Made by a program: the position numbers and the translations under genes | DNA from: a virus | Taxonomy: Duplodnaviria > Heunggongvirae > Uroviricota > Caudoviricetes | Direction: 5' to 3' (one strand) | Virus record (IMG/VR): IMGVR_UViG_2541047735_000003 | Coordinates: 1 to 40,965 of that record | Length of the DNA: 40,965 nt | Shown: positions 27,301-34,451 of the stretch, piece by piece | Layout: each line of letters starts with the position of its first letter | Numbering within the stretch: position 1 is the first letter of the stretch | Notes under the pieces: model-generated | Told to the model about the DNA's origin: nothing | The model's input: only the letters and a program-made list of their open reading frames with translations | Databases searched by the model: none

Positions 27301-29849
27301 TGGCAGCAAACGAATTTTTGACGCAGTGCGAGCGCAGTGTAAATGCTGCCGCTGGTCGCGAGCTTTCTTCCGATGAGATGGAGTCGCTGGTGCGTGACAT
27401 GAACGACACCACTAGGCGAATTCTGGCGACCAATGAGGCGCTGTCTCTGGAAGAGGCCGCGATGCGCGCAGCGGAAGAACTGAGCAATGCCGATATGCTG
27501 GCAAAACAGATTGAGTCTCGCAATAAGGCAATCAACACCCGTATTGCCGCACAACGACTTAGAGAGCTTCGTACTATCTGGAAAGACCGCCCGGATATCG
27601 GGCTTGAAGCAATGCTGGTTGGCCGTAACGATGCGCGTACCGGCGCCCGCCGGTCGGTATCTTCGGAGGTGGCGCAACTGCGCGGCAAGTATCATTCCGG
27701 TATCAACTACGATTTTGACCGTGCCGGGCTGGTGCAATTCATCGCCAGCGGCAGCAATGACAGGGAAATTGCCGATGCAATGTGGCGCATAGGGCGCGGG
27801 CAGTCAACTGACGGTATGACAAAGCAATCCGTAAGCGCTGCACAAATCATCATGAAATGGCAGGAAACTGCGCGCATTGATGAGAACCGCGCCGGGGCAT
27901 GGATACGCAAAGAGCCGGGCTATATAGTGCGCCAGTCACACGACATCATGAAGATCCGCGCCGCAGGTTATGAAGCATGGCGAAATGCTATTCTCCCGCG
28001 CCTTGATGAGCGCACTTTTGACGGCGTGGCTGACCGCGAGCAGTTCATGCGTAACATTTATAACGGGCTGGCTTCCGGCGTGCATCTTACATCTGAAAAG
28101 CCCGATTGGATGAATGGCTTTAAGGGATCGGCGAACGCAGCTAAACGCGCCAGCCAAGAGCGAATTTTGCACTTCAAAGATGGTATCTCGTGGCACGAGT
28201 ACAACCAGCAATTCGGCACCGGCAGCCTGCGAGAGGCGCTGTTTGGTGGCTTAAACAGCGCTGCCCGCACAACGGGCATGATGCGCGTACTGGGCACTAA
28301 CCCACAGAACATGTTTAAGTACCTGACGGACACCATTGCTGAAGATATCAGCAAATCCGGAAGACCGGCAGCGTTGGCTGACTACATGACGAAGGTGCGT
28401 CGCATTAACCGTACCGTAATGCCGCAGGTTGACGGCTCGCTAAATATTCCTGGCAGCGTAGGCTGGGCCAATGCGTCGGCGGCTGTACGCGGCTGGTTGC
28501 GTATGAGCCAGCTTGGTGGCGCGGTAATCTCATCGTTTAACGACGTGCCTATCGCCGCTACCGAGATGCGCTACCAAGGGCAGAATTTTATGCAGGCGTT
28601 GCTTGGTGCTATGAGAGGCCGCTTCACGCGTTACAACAGCGCGGAGCAGAAAGAGATCCTTTCCTCTATCGGAGTTTATTCCGACTCCATGACGCAGGAA
28701 ATCATCCGGCGCATATCTGGTGATGACACGCTGAATGGAAAACTTGGTCGCGCGCAGCAGCTTTTCTTTAAGTACAACCTCATGAACTTCTGGACCGAGA
28801 GCGGTCGCAACAGTAACGCCATGATGATAACCAACTGGCTTGCAAAGAATGCTGACCAGCCTCATGCGCGGCTACCGGAAGACCTGCGACGCGTGCTGGA
28901 TCTGCACGGTATTGGCGAACGTGAGTGGGAAATTTTTCGCAACATGGACATGGCCGATAGCGAAGGTCGTAAGTTCATGACGACCAGCGGCATCCGCGGC
29001 GTGCCTGACGAAGTGATTGCCGGTTATGTAGAGAGTAAGGGGATCAAGCCAACGCAGCGCGCTATCGCTGACGCACGCGATCAATTGGAAGGGCAGTTGC
29101 GCGGCTACATCCTTGACCGCCTGAATATCGCCATGTCAGAGCCTGGCGATCGCACGCAGGCGTTTATGAAGATGGGCACGGTGCCAGGAACGGTGGCTGG
29201 GGAAGCAATACGATTCGCTGGTCAGTACAAATCGTTCACTGCAAGCTTCATGCAGAACGTACTAGGACGCGAAGTATTCGGGCGTGGTTATATTCCTGCT
29301 GGGCTTGGTGAGTCGAAAACCGGATCGCTGACGAATGCGCTGCTGCGTAACGGGAAGGGGGCTTTCCTTGGTGCTGCAAACCTCTTTGTCTGGGCGACTA
29401 TGTTTGGTTATATCTCCATGCAGTCAAAACTCATGCTGAAAGGGCAAACACCGCGCCCGGCAGATGCCAAGACGTTTCTCGCAGCCGCATCTCAGGGGGG
29501 CGGTCTTGGCATCTTGGGTGACTTCATGTTTGGCGAGGTCAACCGCATGGGGGCCGGGCCGGTTACGTCGCTAATGGGGCCGGCAGCATCGAACGCTGAC
29601 AGCATTATCACGCTGCTCCAGCAGACCACGAGAGGGGATGCAGATTTGGGTGACTGGTATCGCACGGCACTTGACAATACGCCATTCCTCAACGTGTTCT
29701 GGCTTCGTACGGCGATGAATGGTTTAATATTGAACCGGATACAAGATGCCCTTGACCCTGGCTCTCTTGAGCGTTATCAGCGCCGTGTTGAGCGTGAGCA
29801 GGGTAACGAATTTCTGATTCCACCATCGCAGTTCATGCTAGGGAAGTAA
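27297..29849 (+). CDS. Internal virion / ejection protein (large)
   Basis: 850-aa protein, last of three large tandem proteins typical of podovirus ejectosomes. Confidence 0.5.
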   Translation: MMAANEFLTQCERSVNAAAGRELSSDEMESLVRDMNDTTRRILATNEALSLEEAAMRAAEELSNADMLAKQIESRNKAINTRIAAQRLRELRTIWKDRPDIGLEAMLVGRNDARTGARRSVSSEVAQLRGKYHSGINYDFDRAGLVQFIASGSNDREIADAMWRIGRGQSTDGMTKQSVSAAQIIMKWQETARIDENRAGAWIRKEPGYIVRQSHDIMKIRAAGYEAWRNAILPRLDERTFDGVADREQFMRNIYNGLASGVHLTSEKPDWMNGFKGSANAAKRASQERILHFKDGISWHEYNQQFGTGSLREALFGGLNSAARTTGMMRVLGTNPQNMFKYLTDTIAEDISKSGRPAALADYMTKVRRINRTVMPQVDGSLNIPGSVGWANASAAVRGWLRMSQLGGAVISSFNDVPIAATEMRYQGQNFMQALLGAMRGRFTRYNSAEQKEILSSIGVYSDSMTQEIIRRISGDDTLNGKLGRAQQLFFKYNLMNFWTESGRNSNAMMITNWLAKNADQPHARLPEDLRRVLDLHGIGEREWEIFRNMDMADSEGRKFMTTSGIRGVPDEVIAGYVESKGIKPTQRAIADARDQLEGQLRGYILDRLNIAMSEPGDRTQAFMKMGTVPGTVAGEAIRFAGQYKSFTASFMQNVLGREVFGRGYIPAGLGESKTGSLTNALLRNGKGAFLGAANLFVWATMFGYISMQSKLMLKGQTPRPADAKTFLAAASQGGGLGILGDFMFGEVNRMGAGPVTSLMGPAASNADSIITLLQQTTRGDADLGDWYRTALDNTPFLNVFWLRTAMNGLILNRIQDALDPGSLERYQRRVEREQGNEFLIPPSQFMLGK

Positions 29850-29850
29850 T

Positions 29851-30222
29851 ATGAACAGAATTATATTAATGATTATTCTTATGCTTTTAGTTGTAAAATC
29901 TTTTGCAGATACTACCTCACCGTTAATGATTCAGCCTAAAAATGGGGAAACACTGGAGGATTCTAAAAAGCATACAATGGAATATTTTGGATGTATAAAA
30001 GGGCAGGCCGTAAAATACGCTAAGACAGGAGAAAGTGTTGATTCTATATCCAAAGCTTCGGTTGTGTCATGCGAGTCGTACATACAAAAGATTGCTGAAT
30101 CAAATATATACTATTTAAATTCCTCTCAAGACGGTAAGCGGAAATTTATTGGAAGGCTTAAATCAGATGGTGAAAGTTTAGCAACGAAATTTGCTATGGA
30201 TGAAAAGCTAAAAAATAAATAG
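29851..30222 (+). CDS. Secreted small protein (AT-rich moron)
   Basis: 123-aa ORF with N-terminal signal-peptide-like MNRIILMIILMLLVVKSFA; visibly AT-rich codon usage compared with flanking structural genes. Confidence 0.55.
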   Translation: MNRIILMIILMLLVVKSFADTTSPLMIQPKNGETLEDSKKHTMEYFGCIKGQAVKYAKTGESVDSISKASVVSCESYIQKIAESNIYYLNSSQDGKRKFIGRLKSDGESLATKFAMDEKLKNK

Positions 30223-30372
30223 GTGACTACATGCAAGCGATAGGATTCATTGGGCTGATGGTTTGCAGCTAACCTGCAAGTTTGCGAAGTGCCAAACAAA
30301 TAATCTCACGGCGCTGTTCATCCCCAGGAAGCTGCATTGTGATTTTCACAATGCAGGTTTTAAACCACTGCT

Positions 30373-30579
30373 TCATTTTCGTAAAGCCATACAAATCATG
30401 GCTTGCACCCCACCGGCAGAAGGTATGGTGATTTCCACCATACCCTTCGAGAAGCGTTGAGAAATCTTCTTATGTTGAGATTTCCAGTCTAGACCCATTC
30501 CCTCAACGATAGGTTTCATTGGGGTGTACGGTTCGCCGTTGTGATTGACAACATAAAGTTCTACGCCGTGGAATGGCAC
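30373..30579 (-). pseudogene. Truncated antirepressor N-terminal fragment
   Basis: 68-aa ORF whose sequence (NGEPYTPMKPIVEGMGLDWKSQHKKI) resembles the N-terminal domain of P22-type antirepressors but ends after about 68 residues, far shorter than full-length antirepressors. Confidence 0.4.
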
Positions 30580-30726
30580 GTTGATAGTAGTGACAAGTTT
30601 GAAACATCGCTGGTTGTAAGCCAGCAGATGCTCGTTATTTTACATCGCGGTACAATTTCTCGCTGGTGGCTCTTTTACACACCTTAACCAAATACGGTTG
30701 ATTTTAATGTTTTTTCGCGCTTATCA

Positions 30727-30741
30727 TTACCTTTTCGGTAA
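30727..30741. promoter_or_regulatory. Operator palindrome TTACCTTTTCGGTAA at head of antirepressor leader 1
   Basis: Perfect site followed by TTTACA, a hairpin and an intrinsic terminator. Confidence 0.55.
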
Positions 30742-30831
30742 ATTTACATCGCGCTCATCTTGTGCCATAGTAATCGGGCACTGGCAAAATCCAGTGCCGG
30801 GATTGGCGTCCCGGGTTACTAAGTGGCGCAT

Positions 30832-30854
30832 ACCACGCCAGACGTGGTTTTTTT
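30832..30854 (+). terminator. Intrinsic terminator inside antirepressor leader 1
   Basis: ACCACG-CCAGA-CGTGGT followed by seven T; about 155 bp upstream of the antirepressor start codon. Confidence 0.6.
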
Positions 30855-31010
30855 ATGCGTTAAGCACAGCTATATCCGAATTATGGTGGGCTGGGCAGGG
30901 GTCCGAAAGGACGCCGGTACCACTTAGGCCGGTACGCCAACCTTGTCCAGTTCACCACCAGTAATTGGCGTTGCGGTGGTGATTAAAATCACTAAGTGGA
31001 GATAACCACC

Positions 31011-31721
31011 ATGGCTAATGCTCAAACTGCCATCTTCAAATTTGAATCTGTTAACCCTATCCGTTCCATCATTATCGATGGCCAACCATGGTTTGTAGCC
31101 CAAGACGTTTGTAGTGCGCTGCGTATCCAAAACGTCACCCAAGCACTTGAAAAACTGGATGATGATGAAAGGTCTATGTTCAACATAGGGCATGAACATC
31201 GTGCAATTTTTGACAGCCGAGTAAAAGAGATCAACATCATCTCCGAGTCAGGCCTCTACACACTGATCCTCCGCTGCCGCGACGCAGTGACACCAGGCAC
31301 TATCCCCTACCGCTTTCGTAAATGGGTTACAGGTGAGGTTCTTCCTCAGATCCGCCGCACCGGAAGTTACATTAAAAACTCGCTCCCGCAGGAAGAACGC
31401 ATAAAGATAGTTGCCGACCAGGTAGCCAACGCCACAGCATCAGCAGTGATGCAGGCAATGAAGATAGAGAACAAAACCTACAGTGCCCCGCTGAAGCCCG
31501 GCTACCGCAGCCTGATTCATTCTCCGTCTGGTGTTCTCGGCCTGACGGAGAACTCACTGCTGATGAATCTGCTGAACCAGTTACAGGACGACGGGCACGA
31601 CGTATCGGGCGCGGCGGCGGAGCTGACCACCATGTTCTGCTACATCGTCGGTGTGAGTAAATGCCTGCGTGATATCCAGACCCACGCGGAATACATCAAC
31701 GACAAGGCAGGGTTCTTCTGA
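31011..31721 (+). CDS. Bro-N domain antirepressor-like protein (copy 1)
   Basis: N-terminal Bro-N-like motif (DGQPWFVAQDVCSALRI); C-terminal about 135 aa nearly identical to the convergent paralog 32993..33730; ATG 31011 (ORF-track frame starts 30996). Confidence 0.65.
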   Translation: MANAQTAIFKFESVNPIRSIIIDGQPWFVAQDVCSALRIQNVTQALEKLDDDERSMFNIGHEHRAIFDSRVKEINIISESGLYTLILRCRDAVTPGTIPYRFRKWVTGEVLPQIRRTGSYIKNSLPQEERIKIVADQVANATASAVMQAMKIENKTYSAPLKPGYRSLIHSPSGVLGLTENSLLMNLLNQLQDDGHDVSGAAAELTTMFCYIVGVSKCLRDIQTHAEYINDKAGFF

Positions 31722-31752
31722 CGGGCGGTGGCACAGGGATGTGCCTTTAAAT
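31308..31752 (+). repeat. Inverted repeat: 3' half of antirepressor copy 1
   Basis: About 445 bp nearly identical in inverse orientation to 32962..33406, extending about 30 bp past the stop codon. Confidence 0.65.
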
Positions 31753-31793
31753 AATTCTGTACAGATTGCAGACCGGGGGTGAATAGCGTACTA

Positions 31794-31808
31794 TTACCTT
31801 AAAGGTAA
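31794..31808. promoter_or_regulatory. Operator palindrome TTACCTTAAAGGTAA upstream of cargo operon
   Basis: Perfect site 43 bp upstream of ATG 31851. Confidence 0.55.
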
Positions 31809-31850
31809 ACCTGTTTTTATTTTATACCTGTAACTTACCGGAGATTAAAG

Positions 31851-32177
31851 ATGACAAAACTTGGATTCGTGATGAGAGGTCCGGTAAGAAGCGGAACTCA
31901 TGCAAAGCGTAGCAAGAGTCGTATTTTTACTGGTAAGGTTGTAGCACGTAAATCAGCTATTGGCTCGTTCAATAGTGAAAATGCGGCATTGCGCCATATT
32001 TTTATCAGCACAAAGCCAAGAGCATCCGCTGATGTGCATACAATGTCTATTCCTATCACAAAGAATATAAAGCGGATAAAAAAGCTCTCATCTGCAGAAT
32101 CAAAAGAGATATCTTTCCGCCAGCTTAACTCATTAGAAACGCATATGAAGGAAGAGGAATTCGATGTTTTTGAGTGA
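31851..32177 (+). CDS. Hypothetical basic protein, first gene of AT-rich cargo operon
   Basis: 108 aa, Lys/Arg-rich; GGAG upstream; overlaps the downstream gene by 14 nt; no recognisable family. Confidence 0.5.
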   Translation: MTKLGFVMRGPVRSGTHAKRSKSRIFTGKVVARKSAIGSFNSENAALRHIFISTKPRASADVHTMSIPITKNIKRIKKLSSAESKEISFRQLNSLETHMKEEEFDVFE

Positions 32178-32676
32178 GTATAGCGGGAAGGTTATACCTA
32201 CTGGTGAGTTTAAAACTGATGACTTTCTGATTTCGCTAAAAGATGCTTTTAAACAACACTGGCGTCATGGTCATCATCCTGATCTGGGAAAAGATACTCT
32301 TTTTGAAAGACCAGAGGAAGTATTAGGCTTCCATCTCAGAAAGGTTCATGTCAATATTGGTGAATATGCATCATATTCATACTCATGTACTGAACAGTGT
32401 TGGGATGAGTGGTCATATGGATTGATTGATGAACAAGGAAATTACAGGCCAAAACCAACCAGTAACGCATATCTCATATATGCAGTCAATGAAATAAGAG
32501 ATGCAGCCTTACTAGCTTATTGGGACCCGCCCGCACACACCAAAGCTAACGCAAAAGTTTGGATGGATTCCGTATTGAATTTCACAAAATTATTTCATGA
32601 ACGAACGAATACAGCTCCACTTAGTAGAAATGTTTATCCGTGGGATTATTCGTACAAATCCAAAAAGCCTGCATAG
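32164..32676 (+). CDS. YafO-like toxin candidate
   Basis: 170 aa; segments FHLRKVHVNIGE and TSNAYLIYAV...AALLAYWDPPAHTKA resemble the YafO pattern as recalled from memory; AT-rich. Confidence 0.4.
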   Translation: MFLSEYSGKVIPTGEFKTDDFLISLKDAFKQHWRHGHHPDLGKDTLFERPEEVLGFHLRKVHVNIGEYASYSYSCTEQCWDEWSYGLIDEQGNYRPKPTSNAYLIYAVNEIRDAALLAYWDPPAHTKANAKVWMDSVLNFTKLFHERTNTAPLSRNVYPWDYSYKSKKPA

Positions 32677-32757
32677 TAGTTTTTTATGGACGAAACAAAA
32701 GTCAGTGCTACACTCATTGACGCCACATTGAGGTGGTTTATAGATGGAAATTTCACA

Positions 32758-32919
32758 ATGAAAAAAGCATTTGCTGCACTGTTCGTTTTGTTGTCTCTGG
32801 TAGCTTCAACTCAGGCCTTTGCCGGTCGTTGTCAGCACGACAGCGACACTGCTGCTGACGGCTCCCGCTGCGGTGGGCGTTCTGCGGATTCCCGCCCGGG
32901 TGGCGGTGGCATTCGTTAA
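32758..32919 (+). CDS. Small secreted peptide
   Basis: Internal ATG of ORF 32686..32919 gives MKKAFAALFVLLSLVASTQAFA signal peptide followed by a short Gly/Arg/Cys-containing mature region. Confidence 0.45.
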   Translation: MKKAFAALFVLLSLVASTQAFAGRCQHDSDTAADGSRCGGRSADSRPGGGGIR

Positions 32920-32924
32920 AAACA

Positions 32925-32942
32925 AGGCCGCGAAAGCGGCCT
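32925..32942. terminator. Stem-loop between cargo operon and antirepressor copy 2
   Basis: AGGCCGC-GAAA-GCGGCCT; T-rich on the minus strand, so it likely terminates antirepressor copy 2. Confidence 0.45.
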
Positions 32943-32955
32943 GTGACATGTCACG
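32942..32955. repeat. 14-bp palindrome TGTGACATGTCACG (copy 3)
   Basis: Identical 14-mer between the cargo operon and the 3' end of antirepressor copy 2, immediately after hairpin 32925-32942. Confidence 0.6.
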
Positions 32956-32961
32956 CTAGTT

Positions 32962-33406
32962 TCGTTTTGCACGTCCCTGTGCCGCCGTTCTGTCAGAAGA
33001 ACCCTGCCTTGTCGTTGATGTATTCCGCGTGGGTCTGGATATCACGCAGGCATTTGCTCACACCGACGATGTAGCAGAACATGGTGGTCAGCTCCGCCGC
33101 CGCGCCCGATACATCGTGCCCGTCTTCCTGTAACTGGTTCAGCAGATTCATCAGCAGTGAGTTCTCCGTCAGGCCGAGAACACCAGACGGAGAATGAATC
33201 AGGCTGCGGTAGCCGGGCTTCAGCGGGGCACTGTAGGTTTTGTTCTCTATCTTCATCGCCTGCATTACTGCTGACGCCGTGGCGTTGGCTACCTGGTCGG
33301 CAACCATCTTTATGCGTTCTTCCTGCGGGAGCGAGTTTTTAATGTAACTTCCGGTGCGGCGGATCTGAGGAAGAACCTCACCTGTAACCCATTCAAGAAA
33401 TCTGAA
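32962..33406 (-). repeat. Inverted repeat: 3' half of antirepressor copy 2
   Basis: Partner of 31308..31752; antisense spurious ORFs 31372..31557 and 33157..33342 are about 90 percent identical, showing the nucleotide identity. Confidence 0.65.
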
Positions 33407-33730
33407 TGCTCTCGTTCCCTCAGTCATTGCCTCTTTGCAACGCAGAATAAGGATGTAGAGACCTGATTCTGAAACGATGGATAGTTCTTGTATTCCACCA
33501 GGGGTCTGTATTGAATACAGCCCCTTTTTGTTCCAGCCTTTTTTATCAAGTTTTCTCGCTTGTGTAACATCAATATTCAAAGCATTGCACACATCTTTGG
33601 TGACAAACCAAGGTTCTCCGTCAATCATGAACATACGGATCTGGCAGGATGACTCAAAGGAAAAGATGGAAGGTTTGGTATTCATGGCGATCACCTTTGT
33701 AGTTAGGTTAATCACCACCGCTGAGACCAA
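32993..33730 (-). CDS. Bro-N domain antirepressor-like protein (copy 2)
   Basis: N-terminal Bro-N-like motif (DGEPWFVTKDVCNALNI) divergent from copy 1; C-terminal half nearly identical to copy 1; true start probably the internal ATG (MNTKPSIF). Confidence 0.65.
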   Translation of the reverse strand: MVSAVVINLTTKVIAMNTKPSIFSFESSCQIRMFMIDGEPWFVTKDVCNALNIDVTQARKLDKKGWNKKGLYSIQTPGGIQELSIVSESGLYILILRCKEAMTEGTRAFRFLEWVTGEVLPQIRRTGSYIKNSLPQEERIKMVADQVANATASAVMQAMKIENKTYSAPLKPGYRSLIHSPSGVLGLTENSLLMNLLNQLQEDGHDVSGAAAELTTMFCYIVGVSKCLRDIQTHAEYINDKAGFF

Positions 33731-33967
33731 TCAGATGGTGGTGAACTGTGCAGAGTTGGTCTTACCGGCTACAAAGGAACCCGGCGCACCTTTCGGTGCC
33801 CCCACACAGCCCACCATAGAATAGGTGCGCTTTACACATAAAAAAACCGCTTATGCGGCATATGTGCCTCTGTAGTAATCCGGGAGACCAATCCCGGCAC
33901 TGGATTTTGCCAGTGCCCGATTACTATGGCACAAGAGGAGTGCGATGTAAATTTACCGAAAAGGTAA
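33731..33967 (-). repeat. Antirepressor leader, inverted-repeat copy A'
   Basis: Reverse complement aligns with 30715..30995, including the operator, the hairpin and a T-run terminator with a shorter CCGC-ATAA-GCGG stem. Confidence 0.6.
33953..33967. promoter_or_regulatory. Operator palindrome TTACCGAAAAGGTAA at head of antirepressor leader 2
   Basis: Perfect site; mirror-image counterpart of the site at 30727. Confidence 0.55.
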
Positions 33968-33998
33968 ATATAAGCACTCCACTTGGTAATTGCAAACC

Positions 33999-34256
33999 TT
34001 ATCTGGTTTGTTTTCGTAATTGTTCGGCACAATAGTCGAGATGTGTTTGCAGATCCTGCATAGACATCTGTGAGCTGGTGACGTAGTTAATCAGTGCAGT
34101 CAGTTCGGCAAGTGGGCCATCGACATTAAATCCATCCTTATCGAGATCCCGGAGTAATTTCATCAAGTGCGATCCCTCCACCAGTGACCTGACGCCTCCC
34201 GGCGTGTGAATCCTTTCGGTAAATCCGTCTTCCAGTGGATAGTGATACTGCTGCAT
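33999..34256 (-). CDS. Small stand-alone antirepressor C-domain homolog, LexA-box associated
   Basis: 85 aa from ATG 34256; IHTPGGVRSLVEGSHLMKLLRDLDKDGFNVDGPLAELT...DLQTH aligns with the C-terminal domain of both Bro-N proteins; a CTGT-N8-ACAG box lies about 22 bp upstream; ORF-track frame extends to 34379. Confidence 0.55.
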   Translation of the reverse strand: MQQYHYPLEDGFTERIHTPGGVRSLVEGSHLMKLLRDLDKDGFNVDGPLAELTALINYVTSSQMSMQDLQTHLDYCAEQLRKQTR

Positions 34257-34277
34257 CTTATCTTCTCCATGCAATAA

Positions 34278-34293
34278 CTGTATATTTATACAG
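34278..34293. promoter_or_regulatory. LexA (SOS) box CTGTATATTTATACAG
   Basis: Matches the CTGT-N8-ACAG consensus with an AT-rich spacer; 22 bp upstream of ATG 34256 on the minus strand. Confidence 0.6.
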
Positions 34294-34332
34294 TAGCAAA
34301 TAATTTGTTTGCTATCCAGCACGTTTTGCAAA

Positions 34333-34347
34333 TTACCTGAAAGGTAA
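34333..34347. promoter_or_regulatory. Operator palindrome TTACCTGAAAGGTAA between small antirepressor gene and tailspike
   Basis: Perfect site in the divergent intergenic region. Confidence 0.55.
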
Positions 34348-34451
34348 TATCTATTCGTATTTACAGTCTTTCTATCCATATGTGGTTTTCCAGGTAATAG
34401 AATAACCAGATATGCGGCGCAACGGGTGCTGCGACTATCTGGAGATTTAAC

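Larger units (their letters stand above)
30715..30995 (+). repeat. Antirepressor leader, inverted-repeat copy A
   Basis: Operator, TTTACA, hairpin GGCACTGG-CAAAAT-CCAGTGCC (30777-30798) and terminator; homologous in inverse orientation to 33731..33967. Confidence 0.6.

Noticed and set aside
30698-30964. ORFs 30698..30964 (+) and 33832..34032 (-) inside the antirepressor leaders as protein-coding genes
   Set aside because: Their shared amino-acid stretch reflects nucleotide identity of the two leaders; the frames differ in start and end, and each spans a hairpin and a T-run terminator, so they are better read as non-coding leader sequence.
33999-34379. Full 126-aa frame as the small antirepressor gene
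   Set aside because: The longer frame would place both the LexA box and an operator palindrome inside coding sequence; the internal ATG at 34256 with GGAG upstream and the box just before it gives a more coherent gene model, though the longer form is not excluded.
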